Origin: Rhodothermales bacterium
GTDB taxonomy: Bacteria > Bacteroidota > Rhodothermia > Rhodothermales > JBHHWM01
Length of the DNA: 64,000 bases
Assembly (NCBI GenBank): GCA_046756545.1
Contig: JBHHWM010000001.1
Location: forward strand, 10,682-74,681
Direction of reading: 5' to 3'
Part shown: one piece after another, positions 43,907 to 53,093 of the stretch
How the letters are laid out: each line of letters starts with the position of its first letter
How positions within the stretch are numbered: the stretch's first letter is position 1
Program-made: the position numbers and the translations under genes
The notes under the pieces: model-generated
What the model saw: only the letters and a program-made list of their open reading frames with translations
Told to the model about the DNA's origin: nothing
The model's database searches: none

Positions 43907-45973
43907 ATGAGGAACGGCATCATGTGCAGAGCTACAATCTACGGGCGATGGCTCTTTATGCTGTTGCTGGCGGCGGGCCTTGTGGGAACCGCCCACGCCC
44001 AGCGAAACGTCACGCTCCTACTCAACGCGGCCACCATCCCCGACACCACCAGCGAAAACAGCTTTATGGAAGTGCGCGGGGCCGTCAACGGTGTGGCGCC
44101 GATCACCCTGCTCGACGGCAGCGTGATCGACTGGAGCGACGCCAGCACGCTCGAACCGACCAACATCGGGGGCGATTACTGGCAGATTCAGTTCCAGATT
44201 GCCGACACCACCGACCTGACGTTCAAGTTCTTCTCGCAGCAGGCCGAGGATGGAGGGTTGAACGGTTGGGAGGCCGACCCGAACCCCAACATCCCACCGG
44301 GCACCGGCGACACCACCCTGACCGTCCACTACTTCGAGTCGCAGTCTGAGTATCGCGGGGCGCAGGGAGACCGGGGTGACTACGACTGGCAGCCCTTCGA
44401 GTCGAAGCCGGATAGCGTGGCTATCTGGTTCCGCGTGGCCATGTTCGGCGACGAATCCAGAACGGATAACTACGATCCCTCCGCCGACGCTCCGGCGCAG
44501 CAGATTGGGGTGCGCGGCGACGATCTGGGCGGGTCCGGCCCGGTCGACTGGGGCAACACCAAGCTGGTGCTGCAACGAGAATCGACGAATGCCAATCAGC
44601 CGGGATACAATATTTACTCCGGCGTAGGCTATTATCCGATGTCGCTCGTCGGCACAGAGCAGAACTACAAGTTCGTGCGCGACAACGATGTCCTCGATGA
44701 TGGCGATCTGGGTTGGGAAGAGGGCAACCTTTCAGGGAACCGTACCTTCACCGTTCCGGCAAACGACTCGACGTTGCACTGGGTCTACTACGGCGATACG
44801 GTGCCGTCGGCCGTCGTGCCGGTGACCTCGACGGTGCTTTTTGCCGTAGATCTGAGCCCGCTCGAAACCATCGGTGTCTTCCAGCGCGCGCGCGGCGACA
44901 CGCTCGAAGTGCGCGGCAGTTTCAACGGCTGGGACTGCGCGGGCGAAGGCTCTCCGGATGATTGCCTGCTCCAACGGGTGCCGGGCGAAGATGTCTTCGA
45001 AGCCGCCGTGGTGATGACCCGAATACCGGAGACGGGGGTTGATTACAAGTTTTTCCTCAACTTCAACGACGAGACCTTTAGAGCCGAGTTCGGCGTGGAT
45101 CCGCCGAGTGGATGGGAAGAAGGGCACATGACGGGCATCGACCGGAACTTCCTGTTTGCGGGCACTACGGAGCAGGACCTCGGGATAGCCGGGTTCAACG
45201 ATATCCGGCCGGGCAATATTATTCCCGACGGGGTAAGTATCGACGTGCTCTTTGAGGTGGATATGACGCCGGCGCTGAACAACGCGGCACAGCCGTTCGC
45301 GCCCGCCTCCGGTGATTCCGTCATGATCCAGATCGGTGATCCCATCTGGGCCTTTACCCAGAACATCATCGCCGGTCCCAATGACGGCGATTTCCCTCGC
45401 CACCGGAACGCTGTCCTGACCGACGATAACGCGGATAATATCTATACGGGGACGGTCACCGTTACAGGGCCGACGTACAGTTCGCTCCTGTACAAGTACA
45501 CCTATGGACAAGGCAGCACGTTCTTCGACGAGCCGGATCTGGGCACCAAGGTTCCGGGCCGTCGTCGCCTGTATTACATCGATCCTAACGGCGACGGAAC
45601 GTGGCCGGCAACCTATGTCATCGGGCCGGAGGAGTTCCAGATCGAAGCGGTTGCGTTGCCTTTCGAGAGCAACCCCGTGGCCATCGAAGTGATCGACGAC
45701 GAGGTGCCGTCGCGGATCTGGCTCGGCGAGAACTACCCCAACCCGTTCAATCCGACCACGACGTTCGAGTATAGCATCGACCGGGCGCAGCAGGTGGCGG
45801 TGCGCGTCTACGACATGCTCGGACGCGTCGTCGCGACGCTGGTGGACGGCGTGCAGCCGGCGGCCACCTACCAGGTGAGCTTCGACGCCTCGAACCTCGC
45901 CAGCGGCGTCTATCTCTATCGCATCGAGACGGCGAACACGGTCATCTCGAAGCGTATGCTGTTAATCAAGTAA
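43907..45973 (+). CDS. secreted multi-module putative alpha-glucan-binding protein with T9SS C-terminal sorting domain
   Basis: Signal peptide (WLFMLLLAAGLVGTAHAQ). Four or more repeats of a CBM-like pattern (LTFKFF...GWE, NYKFV...GWEEGNLSGNRTF, VDYKFFL...GWEEGHM, LLYKYTYG). CTD ENYPNPFNPTTTFEYSI...GVYLYRIETANTVISKRMLLIK. No catalytic motif seen. Confidence 0.7.
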   Translation: MRNGIMCRATIYGRWLFMLLLAAGLVGTAHAQRNVTLLLNAATIPDTTSENSFMEVRGAVNGVAPITLLDGSVIDWSDASTLEPTNIGGDYWQIQFQIADTTDLTFKFFSQQAEDGGLNGWEADPNPNIPPGTGDTTLTVHYFESQSEYRGAQGDRGDYDWQPFESKPDSVAIWFRVAMFGDESRTDNYDPSADAPAQQIGVRGDDLGGSGPVDWGNTKLVLQRESTNANQPGYNIYSGVGYYPMSLVGTEQNYKFVRDNDVLDDGDLGWEEGNLSGNRTFTVPANDSTLHWVYYGDTVPSAVVPVTSTVLFAVDLSPLETIGVFQRARGDTLEVRGSFNGWDCAGEGSPDDCLLQRVPGEDVFEAAVVMTRIPETGVDYKFFLNFNDETFRAEFGVDPPSGWEEGHMTGIDRNFLFAGTTEQDLGIAGFNDIRPGNIIPDGVSIDVLFEVDMTPALNNAAQPFAPASGDSVMIQIGDPIWAFTQNIIAGPNDGDFPRHRNAVLTDDNADNIYTGTVTVTGPTYSSLLYKYTYGQGSTFFDEPDLGTKVPGRRRLYYIDPNGDGTWPATYVIGPEEFQIEAVALPFESNPVAIEVIDDEVPSRIWLGENYPNPFNPTTTFEYSIDRAQQVAVRVYDMLGRVVATLVDGVQPAATYQVSFDASNLASGVYLYRIETANTVISKRMLLIK

Positions 45974-46004
45974 TTCCTGTCCATCAGGGAAACAACACCC
46001 AGCC

Positions 46005-46053
46005 TCCAGGGCCGGCGGAATCGCATCCACCGGCCCTGGACGGCGGGATTTTT
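46005..46053 (+). terminator. strong hairpin plus downstream T5 tract (terminator and/or REP-like element)
   Basis: TCCAGGGCCGG (46005-46015) pairs with CCGGCCCTGGA (46030-46040): 11-bp perfect stem, 14-nt loop; TTTTT at 46049-46053. Lies between the stop of 43907..45973 and the 3' end of the RAYT remnant. Confidence 0.4.
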
Positions 46054-46062
46054 AATGCATTT

Positions 46063-46440
46063 TCAGCCGTTCGAATAATGCCGGTCGGAGGACCACCGCA
46101 AGGGATTGGCAGCGATGTAGCGGCAGATGCGTTCCACATCCTGGCGGTTGCGAACCACGTGTTCGTAAAAACGTGGTGGGGCATGATCACGTATGCGTCC
46201 AATTCCACGTTAGGGCGTATCTCCGACGTGCGCATCCATTCCTCCTCAGACGATGCGACCGCATGCGTTCAGACGCATGACACCCTTCCTCACATACCGA
46301 AAAGGCACCGACGGTCTTTGACGCAGATTGTGATAACACGAGCGGAGCGACTGACGAAGTAAATATGCGCCCGGGCTCCTGTAATCGTAATGCGGCAGGC
46401 GGATGGATCGGCGGTGGTGTTTTTCGGGATTGTAGGCCAT
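46063..46440 (-). pseudogene. decayed REP-associated tyrosine transposase (RAYT / IS200-like TnpA) remnant
   Basis: Three frames are needed to read it. (a) 46440-46246: MAYNPEKHHRRSIRLPHYDYRSPGAY...GVMRLNACGRIV, then a stop. (b) After a 1-nt frameshift near 46245: EEEWMRTSEIRPNVELDAYVIMPHHV. (c) In another frame: RFYEHVVRNRQDVERICRYIAANPLRWSSDRHYSNG, stop at 46065-46063. The segment normally lying between the HUH motif and the YEH motif is missing, and the HUH motif reads H-V-F. Confidence 0.7.
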
Positions 46441-46532
46441 CAGCGAACCTCATCGTACGTGTGCTCTCTCTACAAGACGTATTACCCACCCGGACGTGAC
46501 CTCCCATCTTCAGTAAAGAGACTTCTTTTGCC

Positions 46533-49439
46533 ATGCGTCTGACGGTTCGCTCCTTTCTTTTTGGTTTGATTCTCCTCGCGGGAGCGGGTTGGGCGCGGGC
46601 CCAGGATACCCTCGACATCACGTTTCGCTACGTGCCGAGGGCCGGCGACCGGATGGTGCGGGTCTTCCTGCCCGGCGAGTTCAACGGCTGGGGGCCGAAC
46701 AACAGCGGGCGTATTGCCGTCGGCGCTCCGTCGCAGATGACCCACGATGCGGCCATCGACCAGTGGCTGTATACCACGGCGCTCCAGGTGGGCCGGACGT
46801 ATCAGTACAAGGTACATTTTCATCTCAACGACTCGGGCTCGGACTGGCAGTGGATCTCCGATCCGCTCAACGACCGCATCAATCCCGCCGACAACAACAA
46901 CTCGCTTGTTACCATCGCCGACCCGATGGTCTTCCAGCCGGCCCGCCGGGAGAATGAGGACGGCGACATCGTGGAAATCTCGGCAGGACTCTTCGGGACG
47001 GAAGCGTTTACCGGTATCACCTTCGAGATCAACGGGGTGGCACAGGACGGCCTGCCGTTCTACGACGCCGACAGGCACCTCTTCCGTTACGAACTGCCCG
47101 CCCCGGCGGCCTGCGGGTTACACTTCAAGATCACGGCCACCGATGCGCTCGGGCGTGTGGCGACCGCCGAAGTGGGCGTCACGCCGCCTGCCGTAGAGGA
47201 TGCCCCGCGCCCCGTCGGCATCCGCGACGGCGTCAATTACGTGGACAACGATCCGATGAAGGCCACGCTCTCGCTCTTTGCGCCGGGCACGTGTTTTGTC
47301 CACGTCGTCGGCGAGTTCAACAACTGGCAGATCGACCCCGCTTTTCTGATGAAGCGCGACGCCGTCAACGAGGATAGCGTCCACTGGTGGCTGGACCTCG
47401 ACGGCCTGAACGCGACGCAGGAATATGCCTACCAGTACCTCGTCGAGGGCGAACGGCGCATCGCCGACCTCTATGCCGACAAAATCCTGGATCCGGCCAA
47501 CGATGCCTTTATTCCGGCCTCCACCTATCCGAATCTGAAGCCCTATCCGACCGGGCAAACCCAGGGCGTCGTGTCGGTGCTCCGGACGGGGCGCGATCCG
47601 TATCCGTGGCGCGTCGAGGCTTTCGACCGGCCCCCGCAGAAGGACCTCGTCATCTACGAGTTGCTCGTCCGCGACTTCGTCGGGAAACACGATTATGCCA
47701 CCCTGGTCGATACGCTCGATTACCTGGATCGCCTGGGGGTCAACGCCGTCGAACTGATGCCCGTCGCCGAATTCGGGGGGAATATCAACTGGGGGTATCA
47801 GCCGCAATTCTACTTTGCGCCGGACAAGTATTACGGCCCGGCCAACGACCTCAAGCGCTTCATCGACGAGGCGCATCTGCGCGGCATCGCCGTGATCCTG
47901 GACGTCGTCTACAATCACGTCGATGTGCCCTCTCCGCTCGTCGAACTCTACGGCGCGACCGACGCCAATCCGTGGATCAACATCCCGGCGCGGCACGCCT
48001 TCAACGTCTTCTTCGACCTCAACCACGAGCATCCCTACACCCAGTACTGGCTCGACCGCGCGAATGCATACTGGCTGACGGAGTTCAAGGCCGACGGCTT
48101 TCGCTTTGACCTGTCCAAGGGCTTTACCCAGCGAAACACCGGCAACGACGTGGGAGCCTGGGGGCGCTTCGATGCTTCGCGTGTTCGCCTGCTCAAGCGC
48201 ATGGCCGATCAGATCTGGGCCGTCGATCCGGAGGCGTACGTCATTCTGGAGCACTTTGCCGAAGATCGTGAAGAACGCGAACTGGCTACCTACCGCACCG
48301 GCGACGGGTTGCCGGGAATGATGTTCTGGAACAACGCAAACTTCAACTACAACGAAGCCACGATGGGCTATCACGACGGCGGAAAGTCCAACTTTTCGCA
48401 CGTCTACTACGGCCCCGGCGGGCGGGGATGGAGCGTGCCGAACCTGATCTCCTACATGGAGAGCCACGATGAACAGTGGCTCATGTTCAAGAACATCAAG
48501 TTCGGCGCGTGCGAGCGCTCGCCCAACGGGGGGAGTGCCTGCGATCCCGGCCTCGACCTCAACTTCGGCACCTACAACGTCCGCCGCCTGCCGGTGGCCC
48601 TCGACCGCATGAAGATGGCCGGGGCATTCTTTTTCTTGATGCCGGGGCCCCGGATGATGTGGCAGTTCGGTGAACTGGGCTACGGCTACGGCGACCGGGG
48701 CGAACAGTGCCTGCGCAGCGGCGGCTCCGACGATTGCCCGTCCTTTGCGCCGGGGCGTACCGGGCCGAAACCCATCCGCTGGGACTATCGCGACGACCCA
48801 CTCCGCGAGAAGCTCTACGCGGCATGGTCGGCGCTCATCGCCCTGCGCAACGAGCACGAAGTCTTCCGCAGCACCGAGACGGAGGTGACGCTGGATCTCA
48901 GCCGGGCCGTCAAGCGCATCCATCTCTCACACCCGGAGATGGAGGTCGAGATCGTCGGCAACTTCGGCGTAACGGAGGCGGCCTCCACCCTCACGCTGAC
49001 GAACCCGCCGCGCTTCTGGTACGACTACTTCTCCGGCGATTCGCTCGACCTGGTGCTCGGCGATCCGGATCCCACGCTGGATCCGGGCGAGTTCCACATC
49101 TACACGACGCAGCGCCTCGCCCCGCCTCCGCCGGGCCTGATCACCGTGGACGTGGAGGACGAGGCCGACGTGTCCCGCCGCTTCCGCCTGGAGCCGAACT
49201 ACCCGAACCCGTTCAATCCGGCCACGACCCTTCGCTATACGCTCCCCGAAGCCGGCCCGGTGCGCCTCGACGTGTTCGACGTGTTGGGGCGACGGGTGGC
49301 GGTGCTCGCCGAAGGCATCCAGCCGCCCGGCACGCACGAGGTGGTTTTTGAGGCGGGACATTTACCGAGCGGGCCGTATCTGTATCGCCTGCAGGCAGGG
49401 GCGCGCGTGCTCTCCCGCACCATGTTGCTTGTGAAGTAA
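46533..49439 (+). CDS. GH13 alpha-glucan-active enzyme with CBM48-like N-terminal modules and T9SS C-terminal sorting domain
   Basis: Signal peptide (FLFGLILLAGAGWARAQ). AMPK-beta/CBM48-like VRVFLPGEFNGWGPN...YQYKVHF and VHVVGEFNNWQ...YAYQYLVEG. GH13 regions VILDVVYNHV, GFRFDLSKG, VILEHF and YMESHDE. CTD EPNYPNPFNPATTLRYTL...GPYLYRLQAGARVLSRTMLLVK. Confidence 0.85.
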   Translation: MRLTVRSFLFGLILLAGAGWARAQDTLDITFRYVPRAGDRMVRVFLPGEFNGWGPNNSGRIAVGAPSQMTHDAAIDQWLYTTALQVGRTYQYKVHFHLNDSGSDWQWISDPLNDRINPADNNNSLVTIADPMVFQPARRENEDGDIVEISAGLFGTEAFTGITFEINGVAQDGLPFYDADRHLFRYELPAPAACGLHFKITATDALGRVATAEVGVTPPAVEDAPRPVGIRDGVNYVDNDPMKATLSLFAPGTCFVHVVGEFNNWQIDPAFLMKRDAVNEDSVHWWLDLDGLNATQEYAYQYLVEGERRIADLYADKILDPANDAFIPASTYPNLKPYPTGQTQGVVSVLRTGRDPYPWRVEAFDRPPQKDLVIYELLVRDFVGKHDYATLVDTLDYLDRLGVNAVELMPVAEFGGNINWGYQPQFYFAPDKYYGPANDLKRFIDEAHLRGIAVILDVVYNHVDVPSPLVELYGATDANPWINIPARHAFNVFFDLNHEHPYTQYWLDRANAYWLTEFKADGFRFDLSKGFTQRNTGNDVGAWGRFDASRVRLLKRMADQIWAVDPEAYVILEHFAEDREERELATYRTGDGLPGMMFWNNANFNYNEATMGYHDGGKSNFSHVYYGPGGRGWSVPNLISYMESHDEQWLMFKNIKFGACERSPNGGSACDPGLDLNFGTYNVRRLPVALDRMKMAGAFFFLMPGPRMMWQFGELGYGYGDRGEQCLRSGGSDDCPSFAPGRTGPKPIRWDYRDDPLREKLYAAWSALIALRNEHEVFRSTETEVTLDLSRAVKRIHLSHPEMEVEIVGNFGVTEAASTLTLTNPPRFWYDYFSGDSLDLVLGDPDPTLDPGEFHIYTTQRLAPPPPGLITVDVEDEADVSRRFRLEPNYPNPFNPATTLRYTLPEAGPVRLDVFDVLGRRVAVLAEGIQPPGTHEVVFEAGHLPSGPYLYRLQAGARVLSRTMLLVK

Positions 49440-49483
49440 CCGGCAGCTATCCGTTTTATTAATAAGAAATCACGCGAAAAACG

Positions 49484-51373
49484 ATGACGTACCGACTTTT
49501 TCTGGTGTTTGTGCTCGTAGGGGGTGGCCTCTCCGGTTGCACCGCCGACACGACCGACGTTCAGCATCCTGCATCCGAGGAAGGAGCGGCCTGGGTGCGC
49601 GATGCGGTGTTTTACCAGATCTTCCCCGAGCGCTTCCGCAACGGCGATGCGTCCAACGATCCGACCCGCGCCTCGCTGGAATATCCACCGGCCCTGCCGG
49701 ACGCCTCGGCCTCCTGGCACCTCTCTCCCTGGACGGGCGACTGGTATGCCCGCGCCGACTGGGAACAGGAGATGGGAGACGACTTCTACGAGAGCTACGC
49801 CGTCTTTCACCGGCGCTATGGCGGCGACCTCCAGGGCGTCATCGATAAGCTCGACTACCTGAAAGACCTGGGCGTCAACACGCTCTATTTCAATCCTATT
49901 TTTTACGCCCGCTCAATGCACAAATACGACGGCAACTCCTACCACCACATCGACCCCTATTTCGGCCCCGATCCCGAGGGCGACTTCGCGTTGATGGGGC
50001 AGGAGACGAGCGACCCGGCCACCTGGTACTGGACCGAAGCCGACAAGGTGTTTCTGCGTTTGCTGGAAGAAGCGCATGCGCGAGGCCTGCGTGTCGTCAT
50101 CGACGGCGTCTGGAATCATACGGGCCGCGACTTCTTCGCCTTCGCCGATCTGCGGGATAACCAGGAGGCATCGCCCTACAAAGACTGGTATATCGTCCGG
50201 CAGTACGACGACCCCGCAACGCCCGAAAACGAATTCGACTACAAAGGCTGGTGGGGTTTTAAGCCGCTGCCCGAGTTCGCCGACACGCCGGACAGCACCG
50301 ACCTGCATCCCGGACCCAAGCAATACGTCTTCGATGCCACCGCCCGCTGGATGGATCCCAACAGCGACGGCGACCCGTCCGACGGCATCGACGGCTGGCG
50401 GCTGGACGTAGCCAACGAGGTCCCCATCCGGTTCTGGGCGGACTGGAACGCGCATGTGCGAAGCCTCAATCCCAACGCCTACACGGTGTCGGAAATATGG
50501 GATGACGCCAGTACGTTTCTCGAAGAAGGCGGCTTTTCGGCGACGATGAACTATCACGGCTTCGCCTTCCCGGTGAAGGGATTTCTGATCGACAACACCC
50601 TCTCGCCCTCCGGATTTGTGACGATGCTCGACGAGCGGCGCGCCGAGTATGCCGAGGACATCCGGTACATGTTGCAAAACCTGATCGATTCGCACGACAC
50701 CGACCGCGTCGCCTCGATGATTGTCAACGCCGGGCGACAGCCCTACCTCGAACCGCATCTCTTCGATTATGACCGGGGACCCCGCGTCTCGCCTCGCAAC
50801 ACCGACCTGTACGACGTGCGCGCGCCGAACGAACGAGAACGGCACATTCAGCGCCTCGTCGCGCTTTTCCAGATGACCTACGTGGGCGCGCCGATGATTT
50901 ATTACGGCACCGAAGCCGGCATGTGGGGGGCCGACGACCCCGACGACCGCATGCCGATGGTCTGGGACGACCTGACCTACGACGACCAGGTGGCCGATCC
51001 GCTGGGGCGTCCCCGCGAGGCCGACCCGGTCGCGTTCGATTCCGAAGTTTTCCGTTTCTATCAGCGCGTCATTCAGCTTCGCCACGAACACGCCGCATTG
51101 CGCCACGGTAGCTTCGACGTCCTCGCCGCCGCCGACGAGCACACCGCGCTCGTCTTTAGCCGGACGCTGGAAGATGAAACGGTGGTGGTGGCGCTCAACC
51201 GCAGCGACGAGGTGCAGCGGCTGGGCGTCCAGGTGGACGGCACGTTCGAGATGGTGTTTTCGACGAGGGCGGAGGGCGCGAGCGCGCACCGGGAGGCCGA
51301 CGCCCTGCTGCTGGAACTGCCGGCGTTGACCGGCGTGGTGCTGCGCCGCACCGCCGGTGGATCATCACAGTAG
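49484..51373 (+). CDS. GH13 alpha-amylase-family enzyme (cyclomaltodextrinase/neopullulanase-like), probable lipoprotein; paralog of 30902..32785
   Basis: Lipobox-like LVGGGLSGC. YQIFPERFRNGDASNDP, GGDLQGVIDKLDYLKDLGVNTLYFNPI, DGVWNHTG, GWRLDVANEV, TVSEIW and LIDSHDTDR. Collinear with the 30902 product over the whole length. Confidence 0.9.
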   Translation: MTYRLFLVFVLVGGGLSGCTADTTDVQHPASEEGAAWVRDAVFYQIFPERFRNGDASNDPTRASLEYPPALPDASASWHLSPWTGDWYARADWEQEMGDDFYESYAVFHRRYGGDLQGVIDKLDYLKDLGVNTLYFNPIFYARSMHKYDGNSYHHIDPYFGPDPEGDFALMGQETSDPATWYWTEADKVFLRLLEEAHARGLRVVIDGVWNHTGRDFFAFADLRDNQEASPYKDWYIVRQYDDPATPENEFDYKGWWGFKPLPEFADTPDSTDLHPGPKQYVFDATARWMDPNSDGDPSDGIDGWRLDVANEVPIRFWADWNAHVRSLNPNAYTVSEIWDDASTFLEEGGFSATMNYHGFAFPVKGFLIDNTLSPSGFVTMLDERRAEYAEDIRYMLQNLIDSHDTDRVASMIVNAGRQPYLEPHLFDYDRGPRVSPRNTDLYDVRAPNERERHIQRLVALFQMTYVGAPMIYYGTEAGMWGADDPDDRMPMVWDDLTYDDQVADPLGRPREADPVAFDSEVFRFYQRVIQLRHEHAALRHGSFDVLAAADEHTALVFSRTLEDETVVVALNRSDEVQRLGVQVDGTFEMVFSTRAEGASAHREADALLLELPALTGVVLRRTAGGSSQ

Positions 51374-51572
51374 GGCCGGTTTCAATGCCTCCCCCCATGG
51401 AACACGCCGAACAACGGGCCGGGGTAGCGGCACGATGTGGGTGTCCGGGCATGTGGGGATCTTTCTCCCGCACTCCCATTCTTTCACACCCCCATTGGGA
51501 TACGCCATGACTGTCTTCACACGCATCCATTACCCGATCTAACTGCTCAACCCTCCAAAGCCCACCCCCTTT

Positions 51573-53042
51573 ATGCTCGAACGTCAAAAGAAGCTTACCC
51601 GGTCGTTTTTTGCGCTGCTTAGCCTGCCGGCGACGGCGATGGGCTTTGCGCTGTCCGTCCAGATCTCGGCGCTTAGCTGGATTTTGAGCACGAAATACGG
51701 GCTGGAAATCCACGACGTCGGGCTGGTGTGGGCCGCCGGGCCTGTGGCCGGGATCCTTGGGCAGGTCGTGATCGGCATCATCAGCGACAACGTCTGGTTC
51801 TGGAACGGACGCCGCCGCCCGTTTATCCTGATCGGCGGTGTGTTGGCGGCGCTGATGTTGCTGGCGTTGCCCAGTCTCGATGTCATTTCTTCGGCAATGG
51901 GGATCGACGGCATTCTGGGCGTCGCCATCGCCGTGGCGTTGACGCTGGATCTGGCCATCAACGTGAGCTTCAACCCCACCCGGTCGATCATCGCCGATGT
52001 GACGCCGGAGGGCGAAAACCGGACGAAAGGCTATACCTGGATGCAGACGATCTCCGGCACCTTCGGGGTGCTGGCCTACGTGATCGGGGCCGTCTGGAAC
52101 AATTTCGCGCTGATCTACTTCGGGGTCGGGCTGGTGCTGGTGTTCTCCGTCATTCCGCCGTTCTTTATCGAAGAACCCCGAGAGCTACGGACCGGGACCG
52201 CTGCAGGCGGTACGAAGACGTCGTCCTCGGTGCGGGACGTGATCATGTCGATTGAGCCGTTGTGGGGCTTTCTGATCTATGCCGTCTATGCCATGACCGT
52301 GCGGCTGGCGCATCTGGAGGTGGGGAATCACTACGTCGAGTACGCGTGTGCAGCGATCACCGTGGTGCTTATCGGCAAGGCTCTCCTGGCCTCGGAAGCG
52401 GGAAAGACGAAAGAAGCGGCAGGCCTCATCGGGTTCAAGAAAGTGCTGGCGGCGCATTCCTTTACCTGGATAGGCATACAGGCCATGTTCATCTACCTGT
52501 TTGCCTACGTTCAGGACAAGATGCCGGAGTTGTCGGACATTGAGATGGGCCGGGTGGTGTCTATTAGCTTTCTGGTGCTCAATGCCGTGGGAGCCGTGTT
52601 GCCTGTGTTGGTGCTGGAGCCGATCACCGAAAAGATAGGCCGGGTGAAGACCCACCTGGCATGCATCGCCATCATGGCGGCGGGGTATGCCGGGATTCTC
52701 TTCTTCGGGTTTACGCCGATGATGATCTACGTGCTGATGGGTGTGGTGGGGGTAGGGTGGGCGGCCACCGTCAGCCTGCCGTTTGCCATCATGTCGCAGA
52801 AGGTGGACCAGGCGAAGATGGGGCTCTACATGGGGCTGTTCAATCTGTCCGTCGTGTTGCCCCAGTTGGTGGCCAGCCTGGGCGTGGGCGAGGCCGTCAG
52901 CAGCGCCGAAAACAAAAGCCTCCTTTTTATCATCTGCGCGGTTTCGCTCGCCCTCTCCGCCCTGGCCTGGATGCTGGTGAAAGAGGACGAACGGGGCCGC
53001 GACAACGCCGAACCAACGGCGACAGCCGGGGGCGGTCATTGA
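51573..53042 (+). CDS. MFS transporter, SLC45/GPH-like (probable maltose/maltooligosaccharide-proton symporter)
   Basis: About 12 TM segments. GILGQVVIGIISDNVWFWNGRRRPFILIGG is the RxGRR-type loop typical of GPH/SLC45 sugar transporters. Located inside the GH13 cluster. Confidence 0.8.
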   Translation: MLERQKKLTRSFFALLSLPATAMGFALSVQISALSWILSTKYGLEIHDVGLVWAAGPVAGILGQVVIGIISDNVWFWNGRRRPFILIGGVLAALMLLALPSLDVISSAMGIDGILGVAIAVALTLDLAINVSFNPTRSIIADVTPEGENRTKGYTWMQTISGTFGVLAYVIGAVWNNFALIYFGVGLVLVFSVIPPFFIEEPRELRTGTAAGGTKTSSSVRDVIMSIEPLWGFLIYAVYAMTVRLAHLEVGNHYVEYACAAITVVLIGKALLASEAGKTKEAAGLIGFKKVLAAHSFTWIGIQAMFIYLFAYVQDKMPELSDIEMGRVVSISFLVLNAVGAVLPVLVLEPITEKIGRVKTHLACIAIMAAGYAGILFFGFTPMMIYVLMGVVGVGWAATVSLPFAIMSQKVDQAKMGLYMGLFNLSVVLPQLVASLGVGEAVSSAENKSLLFIICAVSLALSALAWMLVKEDERGRDNAEPTATAGGGH

Positions 53043-53093
53043 CGTTTTAACCTTTTACATGGCACGCAAAATACGCTACAAACAATTGTTCTC

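Noticed and set aside
45727-45790. Nucleotide similarity between 45727-45790 and 49195-49255 (AACTACCC.AACCCGTTCAATCC...).
   Set aside because: It is explained by the conserved T9SS C-terminal sorting-domain motif NYPNPFNP(T/A)TT in two different proteins. It is not a mobile element or an intergenic repeat.
46187-46621. 144-aa minus-strand ORF spanning the RAYT remnant and the start of the CBM48-GH13 gene.
   Set aside because: It is the third frame of the decayed transposase region, running on antisense into the next gene. It has no motifs of its own.
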